DNA from: Negaprion brevirostris
Lineage: Eukaryota
Direction: 5' to 3'
DNA length: 64,000 nucleotides
Assembly (NCBI GenBank): GCA_030324005.1
Contig: JARDVH010000143.1
Span: 20,277,660 to 20,341,659 of the forward strand
The notes under the pieces are model-generated. The model did not search any database and had not been told where the DNA came from. It saw only the letters and a program-made list of their open reading frames with translations. Positions 25,091 through 37,304 of this stretch are shown here, in pieces (position 1 is the first letter of the stretch; each line of letters begins with the position of its first letter). The position numbers and the translations under genes were made by a program.

Positions 25091-27609
25091 CTGACTCCCC
25101 TAAACAACAGAGGAGGAATTAGAACAACAAAGAACAAAGGACAAAGAACAACCCAGCACGGGAAACAGGCCCTTCGGCCCAACGAGCCCGCGCCGCCGCA
25201 TCNNNNNNNNNNNNNNNNNNNNNNNNNNNNNNNNNNNNNNNNNNNNNNNNNNNNNNNNNNNNNNNNNNNNNNNNNNNNNNNNNNNNNNNNNNNNNNNNNN
25301 NNATCCTTCTCCCTAATAATTTTCCTTTCCCACAACTCTCTGGTATAATGCAAATGCAACATTTTGCTGCACAGCTCTGGTTTGCCCTCTGAATCTCAGA
25401 TGCCAAAATAGCTTAGGGCCTTCCAGGATCTGTGAGCAATGGAAGGCCTTGGAGTGTTTTCGAGACACCAAGAATAATTTACAACTTAGCCTTCTAAGTT
25501 TTACTTTGTTTTGTATCCTGGCCAATATTTGTCCGACAATCAACATGATAAAACCAGATTGTCTGGTTGTTATCACATTGCTGTTTTTGGAGCCCTGCTG
25601 GGTGCAAATTGGCTGCCATGTTTCTTGCAGTGCATGAGAGGATTCAGGGAATGGAGAACTATCATGAACTTGTATTGCATGCTTGATTTGGGGATGTTGG
25701 CACAAAAGGCAGCAGTTGATAGATTCGAGAAGTCATTGGAGTAGCATCACTTTGCCTGTTCTGATTCATTTGCTATATTTTTAAGAGCAAGAAAAATAAC
25801 ATGGTGAGAAACCCAAGGAAGAAGTGGGATAGACACTCTGCAAGTGCGTAGCAGAAAGCAATGTGCATCTACAGACTGAATAAAAAAATTGAGTTAATTG
25901 TGATAACCCCCAGGAATTGCATGGGAAATCACTGTTTGACCTCCCCACAGGACTCATTGAATATTTATTTATTTAATTAATGTAAACAAGTAGGTTTACA
26001 TTAACACTGTAGTGAAGTTACGGTGAAAATTCCCTCATCACCACACTCCGGTGCTTGGGTACACTGAGGGAGAATTTAGCACAACCATTGCACCTAACCA
26101 GAACTCCCCAGGGATTGGTACTTAACTAACCAGGTGGAGCTTGTACACTCAGCAGGCCATTGAATAAGTCCATTATTGTATTGTCCCAGTTGGGACTAGT
26201 GTGTTCACCACAGGCTTGTGGTTTTGCTTTACTTTTATGTTGTGCAATAAAACACTGTTCCTTCACCGCTGACTTGTGGATGTATTATCGTAAAATTACA
26301 TTCATATCATTCAAATCAACAAAGTCTTCTTTAAAGTTGTATTTATTAGTGTCACAAGTACATTAACACTGCAATGAAGTTACTGTAAAAATCTCCTAGT
26401 TGCTACACTCCTGTTCGGGTATAGTGAGGGAGAGTTTAGCACGGCCAATGCATCTAACCAGCACCTCTTTTAGACTGCTAAGTATATATGTTTACCAAAA
26501 TATATTTGGAAGTTCTACCTCGCGCTATTTGGTCCCCAAGAGGAAAAATAAATTAATAGATAAAGCTGGGAAACACATCAAGATGGATGTACATTTTTAC
26601 TTTAAATTAGTTACATTTGCGAGGGATATGAGTTGAGAATAGCCAATCGAAAGCCACCAACATGAACAATAATATCTTGGTTGCTACACTCCATTCTGGG
26701 AATTAATCAGATAAAAAACAATCTCTAAACTGATCCTAGGGGATTGAAAAAAAAGGCCTTTGTTTTAAAACATCGCTTTGTCAGAACATATTGCTTTATG
26801 AATTGAACGTATTTTTAGAAGGAGAAAGAAAAATCAAGCAATAATGTGTATCCAATCTGAAAATAATCAGCTGCAGATTGTACAGTAAAAGTAAGATCTA
26901 AATACACACTGCCATCACAAGTAACTGTGCTCTTGCATTAAGATGTTTAGTAAGTGTAGATCAAAATTATACAACTTGCTGGCAAAGCTTTATAACACTA
27001 CTTATTCATAAATTATAATGTTTAAATAATCTATTTAACAATTCAGTTTGGGCAAAGAAAAACTCTTAATCAAAACATATATTCAATACAGATGCTCCAC
27101 CTCAGGATTCAAGCTTATTGCACAAGCTTATATTCTGCACTTATATGGACGGGAAATAATTTTAAACCAGGCAGTGAAATTCAATTGTGAAAGAAGTCAC
27201 ACTTGGAAGTGTTTGTCAATCTTTTCCAGAAGGTAGTTTAATTGCAGCCCAGTGTAATGTCAAGTTTAAAGAATCAAAAACTCTTAAAACTTCATTTTTA
27301 ATCACTTAAATATTGTGCCGATTACCCTCCTGGCACATCTCTGGTAATTAAAATTTAATTGGCATAGGAAGCTGGTGAGTGGAGCTTTGCACATGCAAGT
27401 TTGGATCCGTGCCCAACACTCTGTCTTTTCTCTGGCCAGAGACAGCTGTTTACTTTGTGACTGCCTGCCCTGCGTTTCCCAGTTGAGGTTAGCTCCTGGA
27501 GGATAATAATAAATTTGAGTTAAATTAATTGCCTGAGGCAGTGAATTGATTTTAGAAAATTTGGATCATTTTCTGCTTTGATCAGTGCTTTATTTCAACC
27601 ATGGTTTTG

Positions 27610-28020
27610 CGTTAGCACTCACACTTATTTGTTAGGTTATGGGCTCCAGTGATATGAGCACATAATTTAGGCTGGCACTGCAGTGAAGTTGTGAGGGAGT
27701 GCTGCACTATTGGCAGCACATTCTTTACGATAAGATATTAAAATGAGGCCATAAGTGCCGTCTCAGGTCGATGTAAAGAAATGCGGCACTTTTGTAAGAG
27801 AAGTTAGGGAGTTTTGGTCTCCTGACCAACATTTATCCTTCCACTGATACATCAAGAACAGATCACCTGGTCATTTATTTAATTGCTGTTTGTAAGAGCT
27901 TGCTGTACCCAAATTGGCTCCCAGTTGCCTACAATAGAACATTAATTGCACTTTAACTGTAGCTAGTAGCTGTGAAGTGCTTTGGGACATACTGACATCT
28001 TGAAAGGCACTATTTCTTTG
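27610..28020 (+). mobile_element. Deu-domain SINE (SacSINE1/AmnSINE1-like), near full length
   Basis: gagcacataatttaggctg...gagggagtgctgcact...aacatttatcc...ctggtcatt...ttgctgtttg...aaattggct...gctttgggac...gaaaggcactat matches the recalled Deu-SINE consensus. Confidence 0.75.
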
Positions 28021-28254
28021 TTTTTAAGTACACTGCCTGAATTAGGAGTTTATAAAATTGAAGTAAACAGAAAATGGCTCACTGAGTTTGAAATACTATG
28101 ATACATCAGATATGTGTGTGCATATCCTATTGATGCAAGTTTTACAAGATAGAACATGTGATTTCCCCTCGCATGTTGTTACAACCACATGAAGAGGACT
28201 GAAATCACTCTCCTGCTCTATCACTCGAGGTCTCACCGTAATGGAGGTTTCTCA

Positions 28255-28503
28255 TAGTATCATAGAATCCTCACAGTGCAGAAGGAGGCCATTCGGCCCA
28301 TCAAATCTGAACAATTATTACCCAGGCTTACCCTATATCCCCACCAATCTAAGGGGCAGTCAACCTCACCTGCACTTGTTTGGAGTGTGGGAGGAAACCC
28401 GGAGAACCTGGAAGAAGCACATGCAAATTCCATACAGTCACCCAAGGCCAGATTTGAACCTGGGCCCTTAGTGTTTGTGAGGCAGCAGTGCTAACCACTG
28501 TGC
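28255..28503 (-). mobile_element. HE1-like SINE, CR1-type tail
   Basis: catagaatcctcacagtgcagaaggaggccattcggccc...gcagtgctaaccactgtgc. Confidence 0.85.
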
Positions 28504-28719
28504 GACTTGAATTTGTGAGGATGAAGGTATTTATGCAGTATCTGTGCTTTACCATTTACGTACGAATTGCAAATAAACCAATTTGACAGATTTCTTAAGT
28601 TTAAAACACAAAGGAGTTTGGAAAAAAGGAGTTATCTTTCACTGAGTTAAAACCCATGCTCTCAAGATAGACAGAATGGCTAAAAAGGCAAACCCACTCC
28701 CTAATCTTCACAACATATT

Positions 28720-29000
28720 AGCAGCTTGGTATCATAGTGGTTAGCATTGCTGCCTCACTGTGCCTAGGACCCAGGTACGATTGCAGCTTGGGACACTGTC
28801 TGTGTGGAGTTTGCACATTCTCCCCGTGACTGTGTGGGTTTCCTCTGGGTGCTCGGGTTTTGTCCCACAGTCTGAAAGATGGTTAGGTGCATTGACCCAA
28901 ACAGATGTTGGACTATGGTGACTAGTAGGAATTTTACAGAAACTTCATTGCAGCGTTAATGTAAGCCTTACTTGTGACTAATAAATAAATTTTAACTTTA
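28720..29000 (+). mobile_element. HE1-like SINE, alternative tail
   Basis: agtggttagcattgctgcc...ttcattgcagcgttaatgtaagccttacttgtgactaataaataaa. Confidence 0.85.
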
Positions 29001-29454
29001 ACGTGGTTACAGACAGTNNNNNNNNNNNNNNNNNNNNNNNNNNNNNNNNNNNNNNNNNNNNNNNNNNNNNNNNNNNNNNNNNNNNNNNNNNNNNNNNNNN
29101 NNNNNNNNNNNNNNNNNNNNNNNNNNNNNNNNNNNNNNNNNNNNNNNNNNNNNNNNNNNNNNNNNNNNNNNNNNNNNNNNNNNNNNNNNNNNNNNNNNNN
29201 NNNNNNNNNNNNNNNNNNNNNNNNNNNNNNNNNNNNNNNNNNNNNNNNNNNNNNNNNNNNNNNNNNNNNNNNNNNNNNNNNNNNNNNNNNNNNNNNNNNN
29301 NNNNNNNNNNNNNNNNNNNNNNNNNNNNNNNNNNNNNNNNNNNNNNNNNNNNNNNNNNNNNNNNNNNNNNNNNNNNNNNNNNNNNNNNNNNNNNNNNNNN
29401 NNNNNNNNNNNNNNNNNNNNNNNNNNNNNNNNNNNNNNNNNNNNNNNNNNNNNC

Positions 29455-29695
29455 CCACGCACTTACCATGGCTAACCCATCTAACCTACTCATCTTGGGA
29501 CACACAGTGCCAATTTAGCATGGCCAATCCACCTAACCGCATACCTTTGGACTGTGGGTGGAAACCTGGGCACCCGGAGGAAATCCATGTAGACACAGGG
29601 AGAATTTGCAAACTCCACACAGACAGTGACCCAAGGCTGGAATTGAACCAAGGTCCCTGGAATTGTGAGTCAGCAATAATAACCAGTGTGCCAAT
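29455..29695 (-). mobile_element. HE1-like SINE
   Basis: tttagcatggccaatccacctaacc...ggaattgaaccaaggtccctgg. Confidence 0.8.
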
Positions 29696-31715
29696 GTGCA
29701 GCCAGAAGTTGATGATATTTGCACTGTTATCTTTTCGTTTGAATATTCTCTGTGTGCTGAACTTTAAACTGTAATACTACTGGGTCTTGAACTCTGGAGA
29801 AGAGATTGTTACTGGCCTATTGGCAGCTTCCATCCAGAGTTCTGCTTAGCAATATAGGTGTTGTAATAAAAAACTTTAAAAATAGTTATTCTAGTCACAT
29901 GGTCTCTCTCCCCCCAATGATTTCAGAAGATAATCGATTAGGTCATGTCTGAATACACTGTTACTTTTATTTCATGGCTTAGGTTATTAGATTCTGTACT
30001 ATCCCAGCTATCAACTCCTGCATGATCCATCATCCATCTGGATGGGAGAGGAACACCTTCTATGTAGAATTGTCCTGGCAGGTTTTCCATCTCCATCTTC
30101 CAGCTTAAGTGATAATTTTGTTTCAATGCAAATATGAGCTCCAGTACAGTTTTAGAAAATCTTTTGAACTGGTTCTTGACATCAGCAAGTATGAAATTCT
30201 ATAGGACGTTGTCTTGATTGCCTCAAATTTATGACCTAGCATTGGCAAGGCTTGTAAAATCCCACCCGAGGCCAACAAAGAATTCTGTTCTGCGAGCCTT
30301 GCCCACCCTGATTCTGGGTGGAAATAAAATTCCGGCTGATGTGCCTCAATTGTAATTCACACTGGAATCTTCCAGGCCTGGTCAGCTTGTAATACTATGC
30401 TTCGGGTGACTTACGGCAGTATCTTAATTCAATCTCTTTGCTTCATTTTTAGAAGTCCTTTTTAAAGCAACTCAATGTATGTTTGATCAGTCAGTAAAAT
30501 CAAAGATTAATATCACACATGCACACATCATATTGTTGTGATGACGTACATATAAATAGCTGTGAACAATGTCTGAGACTTAATACTAGATACACAAATC
30601 TTTCCAAATCGCACATGTAAAAATCCAGCATTGAAGGTGAGACATTTTTACTGTAAATCTCTAAAGCTGCACAAGAAATGTCCTTAACATTGCATATAGT
30701 TAGAGCAAGGTCCCAGTTGGAGCATGTCTAAGAATTTGATTAAATTCTTTACTGATTCTAAACCGATACGTGTGTATGCATTGCTGTGAGAGATCACATT
30801 GCTCNNNNNNNNNNTGCACCATTGACAATTTCAAGTTCTCCCTATCAAAGGACTGTTTCCTCCACAAAGGAAACGCTCTCCATGGAACTGTTTCTACGTG
30901 TTTATTATTTTAAGTCAGTTTGAATTGACCCATATGAAGAAATAATTCATTGTTTTCTCTAAAGAACTGCTCCCATCAATTTTTGCCTGGGATGAGGCGT
31001 GTGACAGGGTGCAAAGGCTTGGCAAGTGGCAGCAACCATTTAAGTCTAGACATCTTTGAATTTTGGAGATTAGTATTATATATGTTCATGTTGAGTCCAT
31101 AGAACAAATGTGAAGTCAACCCTGACTGATTTGATTCTTTCAAGCCTGAACTTAATATCAATTTCACTTAGTTTCCTCACTGCCATCTTTCAGTTTTTGC
31201 CCAGGTGTTGCCTTTTAAAATTAATCTGGCCGCAGCGTCTGCTTCTAACAGCAGATTCCATTATGGTCGGGATAAGACCCTGTCAACCATTGAGTCTCTG
31301 GGTCAGTAAACCTCCTCAGCACCTGGTGTGCAATTTATTAAAACATTTTGAGAGTTGCAACTGAAGTTGGTTAATAGATCAGCAGTAATAATGCGATACA
31401 CACATGATCACTGTTGGTTTGTGTTTGAGGCTTCTGAATATTGAATTAATTCCATGAAACAGACTGAAACTTCCTACTGATAGATCTTTCTGTGCCCTTT
31501 TGGACAGATGTAAATGTTTGTATATTTAAAAATAAAGTTAATTTTTTATCTTGAAGAATTCTTGATTTATAATTCACTAATTCCTTTTCTGTGCTGAAAT
31601 TTCAGTATCCATCTGAGAAATAAACTCTAACCTCCCCCCTTTCTCTTATGTCTACACAACGACAGATGTTTCAGCTCACAGACATCTTGTCATAATCCCC
31701 AGAATCAAGTGGTGT

Positions 31716-32890
31716 TACCATCATACCACCATGATGTAATCTTTTAAAATGCACAGGGACCACCTTAATTGTAAATTAAAGTGAAGACTTAGCACTTTTC
31801 TCACTTTTCACTCTTAAAACTCGAAGGTGAAATGTTGGCCACGCTGTTTCTGGCTGGTTATTACAAACTGTTTCTTCAAATATATGCACAGCAGCAAATA
31901 GGTGGTTGAGAATATCTTTACAAACTGAGTGTGCGCCTAAAGGGAGAGTTGTACCAGGTTTCCTGACTTGCGTCATGTTTAAATATTTGTCCTAACATGT
32001 CATTATTAAGTCGGCATTTGATGGGAGATTGGTTATACAGTCGAGGGCATATGTTTATTGAATTAAAACCAGCATCAGCGTGGGTCAGGGTTTAGGTTTT
32101 GCTCCTGGAGTGAAAAACCCTTTGCATCAATTGTAGATGTCTAATTGGTAATGGATTTTTTTTAGCATTGCATAATTTATAATGAAATAAGTTATTCCTA
32201 CCCACTCCTGACTTTTTTCCTTTCCGCCTCCTTCGCTGCTCATGATGGTGAAGCATCCTAATGTTCTCCGGACATCGGTGATCCTTGAATCACTCACTCA
32301 TGTGGCTGAGACTCAAAGCTTTTCAAACATGGTGAGAGTGTCACAGCCTGTCCCAATCATGTTCTTGCCTGACATCCATATTCTTAAGTGCTTTCCCATT
32401 GGGGGCAAAGGGCAAAGATCAGAAACCAGAAACCTATCTCGTTTTCTCTCCCTGATAGCCTAGGGACGCTCCAGTTGTCACCCTGGCTGAGATTACATAA
32501 CTCAACACAAACCAGAAACCACTCTTGGGACCTTCTGGATTTTTATGATTCAGAACCTCATCACACAGTTAATTTTCTCACTCGGCTCTTGACAATGCCG
32601 CTAAGTGTTTGTTTTTAGGAAGCAATTATTGCAAAATGTTGCTGTCCTCACCACCTCCCAATTCCCTACATTTTCTAAAATTGGCTACGTTTTTGCATTT
32701 GTGCTTTCATCTTTCAGTTTTTCCACCTCAGCAACTATTACCTGACTGTCTCCTCTTCTGGCTAGATGGAATATAATAAGAAGTCTCACAACACCAGGTT
32801 AAAGTCAACAAGTTTATTTGATACCATCATACCACCATGATGTAATCTTTTAAAATGCACAGGGACCACCTTAATTGTAAATTAAAGTGA
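31716..32890 (+). repeat. Exact 69-bp direct repeat (31716-31784 and 32822-32890)
   Basis: taccatcataccaccatgatgtaatcttttaaaatgcacagggaccaccttaattgtaaattaaagtga occurs twice, identical. Confidence 0.95.
32250..32590 (-). mobile_element. Very old tRNA-derived SINE
   Basis: Minus strand reads gaaggtcccaag...ctggtttgtgttgagtta...atctcagccaggg. Similar remnants near 41400-41520(+) and 60440-60600(-). Confidence 0.4.
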
Positions 32891-32931
32891 CGTGTTTATC
32901 CCTGTCCAACGCCAGCATCTCCACATCATGA
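32771..32931. mobile_element. Penelope-like element (same family as 36305) carrying the 69-bp templated insert
   Basis: aagaagtctcacaacaccaggttaaagtc...gtccaacgccagcatctccacatcatg. TSD ctagatgga at 32762-32770 and 32932-32940. Confidence 0.7.
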
Positions 32932-33224
32932 CTAGATGGAGCATTCCAGACCACCGACTTGGTGGATGATAGTCAAGCTACTCTGAAAATAGATGTATTT
33001 CTGCAGAGTAGCTCCCTTCTCTAATCTCCAGTGAACTAATTGCTGCACAATTCTCCAGCTGATAGTCCATCCAGATACAGGTAATATTTACCCCAAATTG
33101 CTGGCATGACCAAGTTCCATAGAACTGAAAGCCTTTGGTCCAGATTTTTCCCAAGTCCAGCTGACTTGTTCCTGTTTCCGCTATTTTTGCTGCTGTTGTG
33201 GGATAAGGATGCAGGTAGTCTACA

Positions 33225-33978
33225 CTGAATCCCGACAGTGCAGAAAGAGACCACTCGGTCCATCAAGTCTGCACCAACAACAATCCCACCTAGGCCCTAA
33301 CCCCACAACCCTACATATTTATCCCGCTAATCCCTCTAACCTACATATCCTGGGACACTAAGGGGCAATTTAACTTGGCCAATCAACCTAACCCACATAC
33401 CTTTGGACTGTGGGAGGAAACCGGACCAGCAAGAGGAAACCCGTGCAGACACACACAGACTGTGACCCAAGCCAGGAATCAATCCTGGGTCCTTGGAATT
33501 GGGCAAGTGATCTTTTAATAATTGATTAAAACTGTCAGTCAAAATGTTTGTACATTTAGAGACATGGCGGTGAATATTTTGAGAATCAGTTAAGCATTCA
33601 TAATGGCCACAGCTATCAAAACAAACCATTCTAACTTACAGATAATAGAGTCTGTTGTCATTTCAAAATGTCAGATGCCACCAATTTTTTAAAAGTTGCA
33701 GCAGATCTCCGGTCAATCAATGTGGTCAGCAATGGATCTTTTTCTCTGAAGTTTTTTTTTTAATTTTAAAGGGTTCTGCTGATTTTTAAATCACTATGGA
33801 TTCATCACACTAAAGTTCCCAAGCAGTGTTTTGTTTAGTTTTGAATGCACGAGAACATTTTTCCCAATGGGAAAAATCATGTCAACATTTATATAATGCT
33901 AGCAAATGTAATGGTTACTTTATATTTGGAGCTGGGTCCTGAGGCAGCAGTGCTAACCACTGTGTCACCATGCCACCC
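33225..33978 (-). mobile_element. HE1-like SINE split by the inverted-duplication insert (33225-33501 plus 33929-33978)
   Basis: The SINE stops at cctgggtccttggaattg and resumes at tgaggcagcagtgctaaccactgtgtcaccatgccaccc. Confidence 0.85.
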
Positions 33979-34800
33979 ATTAGACTCCATTTCCAGATGC
34001 AGTCAGGAAATTTTGCAGCTCCCCTTTGGAGAATTGAACCCCGTAACAGTCATGGATAGTAATCACTATACTAATGAGGAAGTGCTTGTACCACTCTCAT
34101 TCTTCCCTGCTCCATTGCAGGGAGGGTAGTCCAAACCTTTGCAGTTTTTGCAAAGTCAGGTCCCTTTGGTAGTTAAACCTGGTTCAAAAAGTGTCAGAGT
34201 TTATAGGAAATCCCAATTTCATCTGTGGAATGAGAAAATACACCTGAACCTAAAATTCCTTTACTGTCAGATTTTGAAATACAGAAACAAAAATGCTCTT
34301 TCAGTGTCATCAGCTCAATTGTGTATTTAAGATAGATATTTTCACAGTGATTCACTATAGGGCTCTTTCCTGCAAATACAAGTTAACCATTACATTTGCT
34401 AGCATTATGTAAATGTTGACGTTTATTTTTCCCTTGAGAAAAATGTTCTTGTGCGTTCAAAACTGAACAAAACACTGCTTGGGAAATTTAGTGTGATGGA
34501 TCCGTAGTGATTTAAAAATCAGCAGAACGCGATAAAATTAAAAAAGCTTCAGAGAAAAAGATCCATTGCTGAGCACATTGATTGACAGGCCATCTGGTGC
34601 AACTTTTAAAAAATTGATGACATCTGACATTTTGAAATTTCAACAGGTTCTATTTTATGTAAGTTAGAATGGTTTATTTTGATAGCTGTGGCCATTACGA
34701 ATGCTTTGCTGATTCGCAAAATGTCCACCGCCATGTCTCTAAAAGGCTGTACAAACATTTTGATTGACAGTTTTAATTAATTATTAAAAGATCACTTGCC
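33502..34800. repeat. Long imperfect inverted repeat (arms 33502-33928 and 34373-34800)
   Basis: The arms align as reverse complements over ~430 bp, roughly 85-90% identical by eye, with a 444-bp spacer. Confidence 0.95.
34019..34080 (-). pseudogene. Decayed tRNA-Asp(GTC) pseudogene
   Basis: The reverse complement TCCTCATTAGTATAGTGATTACTATCCATGACTGTTAC-GGGGTTCAATTCTCCAAAGGGGAG aligns end to end to vertebrate tRNA-Asp TCCTCGTTAGTATAGTGG...GGGGTTCGATTCCCCGACGGGGAG. It shows CpG decay, a GTC>GTT anticodon change and a 10-nt deletion. Confidence 0.8.
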
Positions 34801-36304
34801 TTTGTTATGGTCAGTGGAATTTTAATATTTTTAATGGTTTTAATTGAGCAGGAGCTTTTTTCATTTTGATGTTTTAAAATGAGATCAGATTGTTAAAAGT
34901 TTATTTTAATCGTTTTCAAAGGCCCCTTGATGTCTTTTCATAGTGAATACTGGGCGAGTGGCTATGGAGGATATATGGGGATGGCATTGGGATCTGAGGG
35001 GGCAGGGAGATGGCATTGGGATATGAGGTGACATGCGGTGTGATTTGAAAGTGAAGGGATAAGGATTTCAGGGCCTAACGCTAATCATTAAACTTAGACC
35101 AATGTCCAGATATACCAGGCCCATTCCCATCTCATCCCACCTCCCAGGAGTGAAAATATAGCAAGTCCAGGCCTTCTAAATGGAGACAGGTCTACTAAGT
35201 TAGGAAATTTCTATCTTGTCAATGAAAATTTGGCCCTTACTGTTTAAATTATATTGTTTTTTAAGTTACAGTAGGCGAAAAAGAAAACATAAAATGAGTG
35301 TAACTGAAAGTAAGATCTGGTGACTAAATTTCTTACCTTGACTTATTTTAACGGGAAAGAGAACTAGAGGGTATTGCAGCAATAAGCTGCCACACTAAAA
35401 ATATTTCTATTAGCACAGTAGTTGAATGACTGTGTAAACTTTGAGATGAATAAATCTCAATGGCCAGAAAAAATTCATCCAAAGTTTGAGGAAGTTGGTA
35501 CGCAGGAGCAACTAAATGCTGACTTTGTCTTTTCCCTGTGACAGAACACATTCTATATTCAAAGTTTTCCAATCCATTAACAGCTAAGATGAAGAACTCA
35601 ATGGCATGGATGACCATTAACCTAAGTCATAAAAGGGACACAAGCTGATACCCAGTTTTATCTACCCGTGGTAACATAACCAGAAGTTATGGGGCAGGGT
35701 AGGTGTAGGAAAATGCTTTGTTGAAATGGCGGTGCAGGCTCGTTGGGCCGAAGGGCCTGTTTCCCGTGCTGGGTTGTTCTTTGTTCTTTGTTCTTTTGTT
35801 CTGTATTCTAACCCTGGTTACAAAAGGTATGGGACAGGTTCTTACGATGTTTGGGGAAGGCTATATTTCTTCCCCCACCTCAACAGGCACAGCAGTCCTG
35901 CCAGAAGTTGCCAGGTTAAGTATTTAAATTCTTTCCAAGGATTCTTTGTGTTCCAAGAACAGCTGGAATGTATCTTCTGGACATTGAGCGTCCATGTGCT
36001 ACCCCAGTTCTGGTCTAGGGTGGATTTGGCTCCCTTCAGACACCCTCACACCCAACACTAACTTCATGCTGAGTTTTGCTCCCTTAGGTCTCTGGCATTT
36101 CTGTGCCTCCTATGCTAATTTCTGGCCCAACCCTCACCAGCTCCCTTCCACCACCCCTCCATCTCCATCTCCCCCCATCCTAGTTTGGATCAGGAGACAA
36201 TGCTGCAGAATTCAAAAGAGACTCTGGATTAAAATAGCCCAAGTTTCATGCCGACTGCTTTCTGGAGGTGTTTCACTGCTGTCCTGCATTCTGCTCTCCC
36301 AAAT

Positions 36305-36464
36305 GTATGATGTGGAGATACCAGTGTTGGACTGGGTAAGCACAGTAAGAAGTTTCAGAACACCAGGTTAAAGTCCAACAGGTTTATTTGTTAGCACAAG
36401 CTTTCAGAGTGTCGTTCCTTCTCCAGAAGGACTTTAACCTGGTGTTCTGAAACTTCTTACTGCG
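36305..36464. mobile_element. Penelope-like hairpin element (second family) with perfect 34-bp inverted repeat and 9-bp TSD
   Basis: 36343-36376 and 36429-36462 are exact reverse complements. TSD ctcccaaat at 36296-36304 and 36465-36473. Confidence 0.75.
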
Positions 36465-37304
36465 CTCCCAAATTTACCCAGAGTTAAAACCAAATTGTTG
36501 GCTTCTCCCACAACATATGGATGTGTTCCTCAGTTTCAATATAATTTATCCAGTTACTAAAATATAATTAATACAATAATGTTTGGGAATGATACCATGG
36601 CCAGCAAACCTTTGTTCTGTGATGCACACTTGCCTCAGAGTGAGAAAGCTTTGTTAGATTCCAGAGACTTCAAGTAATTGTTCCTACTCGTCCTCCAGCT
36701 TCAGGCATATGCTGTCCATCCTTAATTGGTTGGTGAACACATCTTTTGGTCACCAATTTGCCAATCCAGACAAAATCAATGTCGAGTCATTGGTCCCAAT
36801 ACAGCGAGGGGCTGGGACTTGCTTTTGACCCTCACATTGGGGTCCCAGTCCAAAAAGGCAAAATCCTGCCCAACATGTTTGATCTGCCAAATTAATAAAC
36901 TGTACTCAATTTAATTTTGAAATGTTATCATTTTTCTAGTTACAAAATCTAATGATATTTGGACCATGCCTGCTGTGGATAATATTGCGTGAGGAGGAAT
37001 GGAAACATTTTGAATGAGTAATCTGAATATCTGAGAAGCAGCAGAGCATAATGACCTGTTGACAGAAGGATTTGATTAGCATAATCAGTAGTTGGGGTGA
37101 CACTGTCTAATTGCATAACTTCACTGCTATGATTCACTATCGCTGAAACAATGAAGCTTGTTTGACCATTTAGTTGTTGGAGTCATTCTGTCTGCATGAT
37201 CACAGACTCATGGAATTATTCAAAAGTAACCAACTTTTACTCCGTATTGTCCATATTTATTGATTTGTGTAATGGGCTGTCGGAAAGCATTTTTTTTTCT
37301 CTCA

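Noticed and set aside
33502-34800. Foldback or MITE transposon with 430-bp TIRs
   Set aside because: There is no TSD, and the left arm interrupts a SINE whose remainder is inside the spacer. This fits a one-sided templated insertion instead.
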